Under the pieces are notes generated by a model, which did not search any database, was not told the origin of the DNA, and saw nothing but the letters and a program-made list of their open reading frames with translations. Of a DNA stretch of 64,000 nucleotides, positions 37,991 to 48,498 are shown in pieces. Location of the stretch: assembly GCA_043228905.1 (NCBI GenBank), contig JBHGNT010000002.1:17794001-17858000 (forward strand). The letters run 5' to 3'. Source of the stretch: Azolla caroliniana. Taxonomy: Eukaryota > Plantae > Polypodiophyta. A program made the position numbers and the translations under genes. How positions within the stretch are numbered: the first letter of the stretch is position 1; the number at the start of each line of letters is the position of its first letter.

Positions 37991-40900
37991 ACGAAGGCAG
38001 TGGAAAACAACTTGGGACGACAATCAGGACCACGCGAATGGTCGACGAAGGCCAAGTGGACCACTACGGGCGTTCCTCAAGCGAAGGACATGGGACGTAC
38101 GGCGGAGAGCGGAGCGTGCATACGACCGAACAAGGGCCAGTGGAAGTACGCGTCCTATAGAGATCGCGACGAAGGACCCATCGACGGGTCGAACGAGCCT
38201 ACGGGGAGGTAAGCGCGAAGGAAGAACCGAAGCCAACGATTCAAACCGGCAGCGAGCCGGGATGCGGATTATGGAAGACCGGTTTCTCACCGGCCGAAAT
38301 CTCTCACCCTTCACCGGATTTGGCATGTACCGGTGGACGTGCGGTTTGGTGGGGGTGGATGTCATGCGGAATTTCGGCCAGAGGCGGAAACCGGGAAATA
38401 TTGGCTACATCGGCGGGGTGCAGCATGTGCGCTCACCCTTGTACATTTAGTGTGAATAATGAGGGCGCCTTTATGGCGCCGAAGAGTAATCAAGTCGGGA
38501 CAAGAATCCCATGTAATAAGGGATTTATCCCACGATGCTACGAATCCCTCTCTTTGTTCTATAAAAGGAAGGGAGTGCCCTTGGTGAAGGGGTTGTGTTA
38601 CGGGCATGACCATTTAATATCCCGTGGTGAGAATTTACCGTAGTATTCTATACACGTGGATAAGTGTGAGGGTTAAACGAGAGTGTAAAAAAGGGGAGGA
38701 TTACTTTTAATCCTCGGGATTGAGACAACCCATTAGGTCAAGTGTGAACTTGCCTGGGGGCCTTGGGTATCGCTATAAATAAGAGGCCTAGCTATCCTCA
38801 TTCGATCATCTTTTTGGACTACATCGAGACTCTGCTCTTGTGGTGGGTCAACTCTTGTAGCGAGGGCGCTAGCACCAGGTACGACTCGATGCCACGACGG
38901 TGGTATGGGACACCAATCGAGGCTCGAGTTCGTCTCGATCCCTTCGCTCAGGGGTGGTCAAGTGGATCAACACCCTTCTTTCTCTTTCTCCTTTCTATCT
39001 ATCATTAGTTTATCCTTATCTTAAGCTTACTTTAGTACCTAGATCTCTAATATTTGGTATCAGAGCTATGTACAAATGTTTCTTTGTTTGTCTTTTGTCT
39101 TTTGATTGATGGTGATCGATCAGAGGCCTTGATCCAGCCAACGATCAACAAAGAACTTCAGTAACTCTTTCCGTAATTTTTTTTTCTATTCTCTCTTCTT
39201 CCATCTAATCATGTGTTTAGTTTATATGTCATTTTTTTTCATTAAGTCAATGATGTTGTAGTGGTATTTAATTGATTATCTAAAACATTTACATATGTGC
39301 ACGAGGTCAATACCTCGTTTGACATATAAATAATATGTGATGAGTGTCGTATGCGTATGAGGTTAATACCTCAATTACGTATTACGTTCACGAACATATG
39401 TTACGTTTGCGTATGAGTTTAATACCTTGATTTGTTGTAAAGGATATGTGTTTGGTCTTGTATGCGTAAGAGGTCAATACCTCAATTGCGTATTACGATG
39501 ATCTCTTATTTGTGGATGTTTCGTGTGCATAGAGGTATATACCTTGATTACGTATCTCGATCACACCATTTGTGGCTATTTAATATAACGATATGTTTAA
39601 TATAGGCATATGTGGTCACGTATATACATATTTGATCTTATATATGTGATAAGTAAACATATGTGTATATTTGTTATTACGTGATTATATCGAAAGTTGT
39701 CCTTGTCGGGAAAAGGATGTTGGTGGCCGTCCTCACATTTTTGTGAGAATGGCGTTGTCACCATCCCTTTTTCAACAATTTTTGATTGTTGACAACCCCG
39801 TTGATGACCTCGATTTCGTTACGTAAAGAAACGCCTATAGCCATAATGATGTTGAGTACGTAGGGCTTGACCCATTTCAAGTGAGGTCGCTCCAATGACA
39901 CACGTATCCAACATCCCTCCCTCGTTACATGGATACGATGCCACCATGAGCTCGTTCTTACGAGAGGCATTCGTAATGACGTGACCATGTGATGGGCCAC
40001 GTGGGCCTACTACGAAACGAGGGCTCATTTGGCTTGACCATTAGATTGCACTTTGGCGTACCATCAGGTTTTTGCGAAAGTCTCTTCGTAATTACTCCCA
40101 ATTGACGACGCCGTTTACTGATCTTTTAAAAGGTCAAATGCGTAAGTCTACAAAACCTATTGTGTGGAATGCTACACTAGTCCTCGCCTTTAAGGAAATC
40201 AAGGACCTGGTTTGCAAGGCTCCTTCACTTCTTTTACATGATCCTTCAAAACCTTTTGAGGTTGAAACTGATGCAAGCGATTATGCTATATGTGTTGTCT
40301 TGTATCAAGATGGTAAACCAATAGCATTCAAGAGTAAGAAACTTAATTCTGCTCAATGTCGGTATACCGTTCAAGAAAAGGCATTATTTGCAGTTATACA
40401 TGCGCTCAAAACATGGCGCCATTAGCTTTATGGAAATCACTTTGTGGTAACTACGGACCACGAGTCCTTGAAATATTTTTGTGACCAAGAAGACCTGAAA
40501 GGTCGTAAGGCGTGATGGGCTGATCTCATCCAGGACTTTGATTTTTCCATACGATATCGTAAAGGTTCCATGAACACTGTCGCTGATGCACTAAGTCGCA
40601 TCCGTGAAGTTAACATGCTTAGCTTCACTGAAATAACATCAGATCTTTATGATCACCTTCAAGGAAAGTATCCTGATGACAGTTATTTTGCAAAATATTG
40701 GGCAAGAGTTGAGTCTGGAACAGACACCACCACATCCTCGAAGGAATACTTCCACATTGCTAACGGTTTGCTCTGCCGTAATGGGAAGGTTTGTGTTCTA
40801 GATTTACCCGAGGTCAAAAAGAGGATTCTTTTTTAATGCCATGATGCACCCTCAGCAGGGCACCCTGGAATACATCGTACACTCATTCTCATCTCCACTC

Positions 40901-43900
40901 AATTTTATTGGCCTAAGATGCGTCCTAACATACATAGCTATGTGACAAAATGTCACCAGTGTCAAGTTAACAAAGCCGAGTGACTTAAAGCCACATGACT
41001 TTTACATCCCTTGGACATTCCCAATAATAAGTGGGAAAGTATATCCATGGATTTTATTGTTAGTCTTCGTCGCACCCAAAAAGGTCATGATGCCATCTAG
41101 GTTGTTGTTGATCGACTAACTAAAATGGCCAGATTTATTGCTACTAAAACCACGGTAACAACTCCTGAATTGGCTTACCAATTCGTTGACGAATTATTTC
41201 GTTTTTATGGATTACCGATGGATATCGTGAGTGATCGAGATCCAGAGTTTACTGGTGACTTCTGGACGCAAGTCTTTAAGAAGTTAGAAACTACATTGAG
41301 CATTAGCTCCACGGATCATCCTCAATCCGATGGACAGACAGAACGAGTAAATCAAATTATTGAGGACACGCTTCAAGTATACGTTAGTGCAAAACCAACA
41401 AAATGGGAACATTGTTGTATTGTTACGCGCGTGCGTGTAGAAGGGGCGGGACCACGGGGGTCTCGAACTAGGGAGTAGAGGAGAAAGAGTAAGACACAAA
41501 ATGGAAGCTTAGCTCAAGAGGAGATGAGAAAGAATAAGACAATAACATAGAATAGACGGAGGCAAGATACTCAACAAGTTAGTTTAAGGAAACATAAACG
41601 CTTTACAATGGTGGCCGCCATGGCCGCACCAAACGACTATGACAAAACCCTAACCGAGGATGAATAAGGAAAACCCTAAACAAAGCCCTAACCCTAAAAT
41701 GGTAAGAGCTCTAGACTAAGTGGTATACCCTTCATACGCAAAATAGGCAACCCTTCATAAGTGACCCCTCCCTTCCTTTTATAGCCCAAGGAGGGAGGGA
41801 CCTAACAATGTGGGACAAAATTTCCCCTCTTATTTCTATACACCATTTCCTAGTACATGTGTGCACACCACCGACTTGCCCTTTCCACCCTGGTTTCCGC
41901 CTATGGACGAAAATCTTCGCGACATCCGCCCCCACCAAACCGCACATCCACCGGTATGTGCCAAGAAGGGGAAAGAGGTGAGATTTCCGGCCATGGCGAT
42001 CAACCGAGTCCTTAGCTTCTTTGTCAGCTTTGCCCGAACTTCGTCTTCCACTTCGAGCAAGCCCATCCGTCCCACTTGGACCACCATAGCCTCCCGGTCC
42101 GCCATATCCGTCGTATGCTCTCGAACTGTCGGCTCCACCCGATCCGCCATACTCGACGGAATTCGCCGAACCACTGTCTCCACTCGGCCCGCCAAACCCG
42201 GTCTTCGCAAACCTCTCTTTGTCTTCCTTCGTTTCTCGTGCGCGACCTTGGACCGAATCCTCGTTCTTCCCGACTAGTTGCCGGATATTGCACCGTGTGC
42301 TCTTCGTTCACGCTTGTCTCACCTCGGCCGCTTCCTCGACTCGGCATTGCCACGCGCCGAACTTCGTCCTCGATCATCCTCGTGCTCGTCGCTCAACCCT
42401 TACGCAGCCACATCGCACGTCTCGCACTCCGCTCCGCTCTGCGTACCCTTTCGAAAAGGTACGTTGCTTCCCCGACATCCGTGTCGGTGCTCTCGTCTTC
42501 GGTGTCCTCCGCAACCTCCGATGTTGCCGCTTCGCCCCGAGGTACACCCTCTTGGTCCGCCTTGTATGTCCTCCGGATGCGCTCCGGATCTCTCCAATCG
42601 CACTTCGGTTTCTGCCCTTTGTGTGCCGCTCCTTTGGTTTTATCGTCTTCGCATGCCGAACACCTCGGCGTGTCGACTCTTCCCGCTCCGCGCTTGCCTT
42701 CCGTAAGCTCTTCCTGCGCGCCGATGTTGTGCCCCAAATACGCACTCATTCTTTGGCCCTTAGGCGACCCCATTCTGCGTTCTTTGCTTCTCCTTTGCTC
42801 GCCATGCTCTCTCGTCGTAGAGCGTACCGTCATCCCGACCTTCGTGTCGGTGTCCCCCGAGGCTCTCGTTACTGCCTCACCTCAACTTGCGCCCTCTTGG
42901 CCCGCTTGGCCTTGCATGCCCTCCGGGAATCTGTCGTGTTTTCTCTTCCCAGTGTGTATCTCGTTGTTCTCCATGCATCCCCTCCGTTTTCCAAGACACA
43001 ATCCTTCGATCATGCCGATCACGCCCGTCTCGTTCCGTCGATCTTGGCGTCTCGTCGCACCATCCGTCGTCCCGCGCTTGCCTCTCAAAGGCTTCCTCCG
43101 ACCGTCATCGTCGGTCACTCGTCGCAGCTCCTCCGAATGCACACTCATTCTTTGGTCCTTAGGTGACCCCATTACGCGCACCTCGATACTCCCTTGCTCT
43201 CCGTGCTCTCTTGTAGTAGAGCGTATCGTCATCCCGACCTTCGTGTCGGGGTTCTTCGCGGCTCTCGTTACCGCTTCATCCCGACTCGCATCCTCTTGAC
43301 CCGCTTGGCCCCGCACGTCCTCCGGGACGCCGCTTTTTCTCTCCCCGGTGCGTAGTTCTTTGCTCTCCACGCACCATTCTCCGCCCTCGTCGTTCATCCG
43401 CCGATCCCGACAACTCACCGCTCCGTCTCTTGCCGCGTGCTTGCTTCTCAAAGGCTCGACTGGTCCGCCGTTGCCGGTCACTCATTGCCGCTCTCCCAGG
43501 TGCATGCTTGCTTCTTGGCCCTTCGCCGGCCGTAGTGCATGCTCCGTTCTACGCCGTAATGCATGCTTCGTGTTACACGCTTCTCCCGCCATAGTCCCGA
43601 CCTCCGCGTCGGCCTCTTCTCCCTTCGTCGCCGTAGCCCCTTCCGACCCCGGCTTATAGTCTTGGGCCCGCTCGTCCGTCATCCCGTATCGGATACCCGT
43701 TCCGGTATCCTCGTCCGCTCCGGCTTCCGACTCGTCTCCGCCACCCGCCGTCTCTTTGGTCTTACGTCGATCCGCTACCGCCAAAGTCTCAAGGATAGAT
43801 GTGGAGGGCTCCTTTCGCTCTTGGCCTCCCACCGAGTCGTACTCCTCGTGCATGCTTGGCCTCCTTCTCGCGCTCACCGATTCCCACCCGGTGTTATGGC

Positions 43901-44268
43901 TCGTTCGCCTCGACCTCCAATCATGCCGACTTAGCCTTCACCCGGATCGGTCTCGGCTGATCGAGTTCCGGTTTGGTCGGCTCCCTTCCGTAATCGTAAC
44001 CAGCCGGTACATGTTTGTCCGAACAAATCCGGCCTTGCCGACTCTTCTTCGGTTCGGGCCCGGTTAACTGGACCCCGCTCCAATCTTCTTCAGCGTCGTC
44101 TTCCGGTCGTGTCGGATTATCGACCGGTTCATCTTCCGGTCGGGTCGGTTCCCAACTCTCTCCTCTTTGCCGCTCCCGACCTCTCCATCGGTCCTCTTGT
44201 ATATGCCTATTTCGGGCCTCGCATCCTCATCATCGTACGTGTTCGCTCCAAGCCACGCCTCCTCACGG

Positions 44269-44928
44269 TGTCGGGGTTGCTACGCCCTAGCGTGCAGAAA
44301 GGAGGAGGGACCACGGGGGTCTTGGACCGAAGAGCAAGAGAGAGAGAGGAGAAGGAGAGACCCGATTACACAGAACCCAAGATTGCACAGGGACACGGCC
44401 CAACAAACAGAGATCACAAATAAACGCCGACACAGATGGACGCAACCACGGAAGATATGTACTTATGAATGCAAGAAAATAACAGCTAAAGTGTTACAAC
44501 CCACGGTGGGGCACTAAATAGATAATAACGAAAACGAACAGGGCGGCGAACAGATGCCGACCCCTGTATGTCGCGACGCACGGAAAGGGGGGAAACAGGT
44601 CGGAGGTGCTGCAGGACGCACTCGGGCGTTCCACGGAACAGCGCAAGCCTCCTCGAAACCTGCACAGGTACGCGATGGAGCAGAAGACAGAGAGAGCAGG
44701 AGCTTCGAATCGGTTCCGCAGCACTTCGTCCTCTCCGCGCGAGATGTCTTTTCCTATTCTTCCTCTTCCTTTTTATATCCCGTCAAGAGGCCGTTTGGCA
44801 TTAACTGCATACCAACCGAATCTACCCACCTAGGATCCTTGTATGTACTTCTTGGCGCGCGTGTGTGTAGAGCCGTTTCCCTCGCCTTGTTCCTCCGATT
44901 CCTCTTGTGGGCGGTTTTCTTCACGACA
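44269..44928 (-). repeat. 3' LTR of F
   Basis: TG..CA ends; adjacent PPT GGTGGGGGCCGT on the minus strand. Confidence 0.95.
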
Positions 44929-45000
44929 ACGGCCCCCACCTAACCGCGCATCCACCGGCATGCGCCAAATTAAGTTGGCACGGAGAAAACCGGCCCGTCT

Positions 45001-48000
45001 TTACTCTTCGCCTGCTGGCCCTTCCTCGGCCTCGGATCGGTCGTCGCTGCTGTCCAGGAGAATCGGGTCGGGTTCGTCGTCGTGCCGCTTCTTGAAAGCT
45101 TTGATCCTCTTCCCGGCCACGGGTATCGCTATTCTCGTACCGTCGAGTTCCGCCAGATGATACGTCCCGTTGTCGTTGGCGCTCTGTACCGTGTACGGCC
45201 CGAACCATCTCTGTGCGAACTTCCGCGTTGCTCGGTGCTGGTTGTCGAGGCTGCTGTCGTAGACGAGCACCCAGTCACCTTCGTCGATTTTCTTCGGTCG
45301 TAGCCGGTGCGTTCGGTCGAACCGGGCTTTGTTCTTTGTCCTCGCCACCCGGAGCTTCTCCGTAGCCAGTGCCACGTCCTCCGGTCTCCGCTCGAGCTGT
45401 CGTATACGCGCGGCCAACAACTCCTCCCGGCTCATCTCGTCCCTCCAGTCGACCGTTGCCCACGAGGAGACCGTCCGTTCAATCGGCATGATCGGCTTCT
45501 GGCCGAACATGAGCTCTGTCGGCATGTACCCGGTTACCGAACTGTGCGTGGTCCGGTCTGCCCACAAAGCATAAGGTAGGAGCCGCGGCCAGTCACCGAT
45601 TCGGCCTCCGCATGCCCGAACTAACGCCTTGACGATCGGTCCGTGTCCGCGCTCCACCTTCCCATTCGCCTCCGGATTGTACGCAGTGGTGAGCGAGAGC
45701 TTGACCCCCAGCCGGTCGAACAGCTCCGCGGCTTCCTCGGCGTCCAACTCCCCTCGGTCAGCCACGATCTTCCCGACGCACCCGTACCGGCATATCACGT
45801 CCTCGATCAGGAACCGACACACGGCCGCGGTCGTCTTGTTCTGAAGGGCTCGGCCTTCCACCTGGTTCGTCAGGTCTTCCCGTGCTAGGACCAGATACCG
45901 CATCTGTCCTACCCCCATCGGCATCGTCACCAGATCTACCATCCATTTGAAGTGGATAGTCGGAGGGTACGTAGGGTGAAGCCCGTCCCGGTGTCGGACT
46001 ATCGAGTGCATCTGACAACTCTCGCAAGTTGACACGAACCGATGCACGTCCCGGTACAATCCCGACCACCAGTACTTCCCCTTCAGCTTCTCAAATGTCG
46101 CCCACGTTCCACGGTGTCCAGCCCAAGGGCTGTCGTGGTAGGCCGCCAGTAGCTCCTCCTGTTCTTCCTTCATCGCCACCACCCGGAGCGGGACGCTGTT
46201 CCTCTTCTTCGGGTGCTTCCACAAATGCCCATCTCGGAGAAAGAATCGATATGCTTTCTTCCGGATCCGGTTGGCCTCGTCCTTCGTCCATGACGCATCG
46301 GGCGTCATTGTCTTCAAAAACCCGCCGATCTGCAGCCACTCCCCGTCGTACTTGCTCGCGTCGAACTCGTTAAGCGCCGGAGTGCTCATCCCGTCGGTTG
46401 TTATGTATGCCGCCTCGAAGAAATCCACGCCGACCTCTTCGTCTTCCGAAACCATGCCGCCCTCGTCGTCGAACCTCGCCCTCGAAAGCATGTCGGCCAT
46501 GGCGTTGTCTTTCCCGGAAATGTGTCGTATTTCCGGGTCCAGGGACTTGATGTACGCTATCCACCTGAGCATCGCCAGGTCCGGAGTCGCGCATCCGGAG
46601 ACCATACCGAGAATCGGCAGGCAATCCGTCTCGATGATCACTTCTGTCCCTATCAGGTAGTCTTTGTCGGCCTTAACCGCCGAAACAATACCCCAGAGTT
46701 CGCGTTTAACCTGGGCGTATCCTCGCTGCCGTTCACTGAGGACTTTCGCGCCGAATCGGATCGGAAACCGATTGCCGTCCTCGTCTTCCTGGCTCACGAC
46801 CCATCCGATCCCGGTCGGACTGGTATCCACCGTTATGAATACCGGGGTACCCTTCCCGTATACCGCCTTCCGGAGTGCCGGTGCCGCTGCAAGGGCCTCT
46901 TTCAGCCTCCGGACCGATTCCGCGTGCTCGTCTAGCCATTCGAACCTTCGCCCCCTTTTCAGCAACCCGTACAGTGGCTCCGCGACGTGTGCGTAATGCG
47001 GGATCCATATGTGGTAGAACGCGCATGCCCCCAGGAATCTCCGTACTTCCGTGACCGAGCTGCAGTCGGGCTTCATCGCGGAGATGGCTTCTACCTTTGC
47101 CGGAGACGGTTTCCGGCCATATGGTCCGCACAGGTGTCCGACCACCATGATTTCTGACTGCCCGAAGGCCGACTTCTCTCCGGAGAAGGTGAGTCTCGCA
47201 TCCTCTAGCCTTTGCAGCACCTTCTCGCAGTCGTCGATGTGCGTCGCCACGAATCGCCGGCATCCGTCCGGCCCGATCGTCTCGTCCCTTTCTTCCACCG
47301 GGCATCCCTTGATCGGGATGTCGTCCAGAAACGGCATGGTGATGTCCGGGATACAGTCCCTCAGAACCTTGTTCATCGCATTCACCATGTGGGCCACCGA
47401 GTTGGTCCCTCCTTGCGGCAGTGTACACATCCGAACTAGGCCGAGGGGAGTTCGCATCGTCGTAATGTCTCTGCTCTCCACGGCTAGCTGGAACTGGTCG
47501 TACCCTGAGTATAGATCCCCGACCGAGTAAATTGACCTTCCGGCGAAGGCCTCCGCGAACTCGTCTATGGTCGGTCCGATCCCTGCGTTCCGAATCGTCA
47601 CTCGATTGACCGGCTGCAGGTCCTGGATGAAGCGCAACGAACCGTTTTTCTTCGGTACGGTAAACCATCGATTCGAATATGGGGCGCTCGACGGCTCGAG
47701 AATTCCCATATCAACTTTCTGCCTCAGCAGCTCCATCAACTTCGGGATGTGAGCTCTCGGAACCGGGATTGGCTTGAGATTCCATGGTACATGCGGTACC
47801 GTGAATATCACCATCGGCTCCACGATCGTCGGGTCAACGCACCCGATTTCCTCCGGCGAGAATGCGAAGGCTTTCCCGTGCCTTCCGAGCATTCTCCGAA
47901 ACCGGTCTTCCTCCGCCGGCAGTAGGAACCCGCCCCCACCGATTTTGAGCTCTCGGAGCGTCTCGTCGGTAAAGGTGTGTCCTATGCAGGCCGGATCTCG

Positions 48001-48492
48001 TAGACTAGGGTCCGATGCAACCCCTTTGATTCTCGACGCGCTGTCCTCCGGTAAGGGTGCCGCGACTGGCCTTACCTTCCGGTCCACAGTCTTGTACTTG
48101 GTGCTCACGTGGGCCGTCCGAACTGACTCGAGCCCTCGACCGAAGCCCGCGATGACTTCGTACATCTCCTCGGAACACACCGGTATCGTCCGGTCTTCGT
48201 CAAGGCCTTCCTCGACTACCCTTCCCAGCATTCCCAAGGTGTCGTCGAATGAGACCGCCTCCACGGCCCCGTTGATTTCCTCGTCAGGGCCGAGAACTCC
48301 GCACGCTCGAAGTCTCCCCTCCGCCTTTCTCTTCTCTCGGCCGCCGATGCCGACTGTCGTGCACGCTCCGCTGTCGGAGAACAAAAATTCCCTACCTATG
48401 GTACAAGGTTTCTTCGGTTTTATCGTACAGGTGTGGGGTTTTCCCGGGGTGTCCGGACTGTCGCGGCCCCACGCCTTGGCAGTCCTCTCTAA
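45001..48492 (-). CDS. pol: Pol (RT, RNase H, integrase) of F, probably reached by -1 frameshift
   Basis: Frame open from 48492 to the stop at 45001. RT DLYSGY/LPQG/FLDD; RNase H VDTS..KRELWG..ETDC; IN HHCC, DRGE, NGKVER, WFGPY; no chromodomain. Confidence 0.95.
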   Translation of the reverse strand, partial: LERTAKAWGRDSPDTPGKPHTCTIKPKKPCTIGREFLFSDSGACTTVGIGGREKRKAEGRLRACGVLGPDEEINGAVEAVSFDDTLGMLGRVVEEGLDEDRTIPVCSEEMYEVIAGFGRGLESVRTAHVSTKYKTVDRKVRPVAAPLPEDSASRIKGVASDPSLRDPACIGHTFTDETLRELKIGGGGFLLPAEEDRFRRMLGRHGKAFAFSPEEIGCVDPTIVEPMVIFTVPHVPWNLKPIPVPRAHIPKLMELLRQKVDMGILEPSSAPYSNRWFTVPKKNGSLRFIQDLQPVNRVTIRNAGIGPTIDEFAEAFAGRSIYSVGDLYSGYDQFQLAVESRDITTMRTPLGLVRMCTLPQGGTNSVAHMVNAMNKVLRDCIPDITMPFLDDIPIKGCPVEERDETIGPDGCRRFVATHIDDCEKVLQRLEDARLTFSGEKSAFGQSEIMVVGHLCGPYGRKPSPAKVEAISAMKPDCSSVTEVRRFLGACAFYHIWIPHYAHVAEPLYGLLKRGRRFEWLDEHAESVRRLKEALAAAPALRKAVYGKGTPVFITVDTSPTGIGWVVSQEDEDGNRFPIRFGAKVLSERQRGYAQVKRELWGIVSAVKADKDYLIGTEVIIETDCLPILGMVSGCATPDLAMLRWIAYIKSLDPEIRHISGKDNAMADMLSRARFDDEGGMVSEDEEVGVDFFEAAYITTDGMSTPALNEFDASKYDGEWLQIGGFLKTMTPDASWTKDEANRIRKKAYRFFLRDGHLWKHPKKRNSVPLRVVAMKEEQEELLAAYHDSPWAGHRGTWATFEKLKGKYWWSGLYRDVHRFVSTCESCQMHSIVRHRDGLHPTYPPTIHFKWMVDLVTMPMGVGQMRYLVLAREDLTNQVEGRALQNKTTAAVCRFLIEDVICRYGCVGKIVADRGELDAEEAAELFDRLGVKLSLTTAYNPEANGKVERGHGPIVKALVRACGGRIGDWPRLLPYALWADRTTHSSVTGYMPTELMFGQKPIMPIERTVSSWATVDWRDEMSREELLAARIRQLERRPEDVALATEKLRVARTKNKARFDRTHRLRPKKIDEGDWVLVYDSSLDNQHRATRKFAQRWFGPYTVQSANDNGTYHLAELDGTRIAIPVAGKRIKAFKKRHDDEPDPILLDSSDDRSEAEEGPAGEE

Positions 48493-48498
48493 AAATCC
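48433..48498 (-). promoter_or_regulatory. Predicted -1 ribosomal frameshift signal (G_GAU_UUU plus pseudoknot)
   Basis: Heptamer 48498-48492 immediately before the gag UAG; 6-nt spacer; stems GGACUG/CAGUCC and GUGGGG/CCCCAC. Confidence 0.8.

Noticed and set aside
42076-43299. 407-aa plus-strand ORF and overlapping ORFs in element E as an env-like or accessory gene
   Set aside because: GC-rich, internally duplicated sequence with long ORFs in several frames and no recognisable domain
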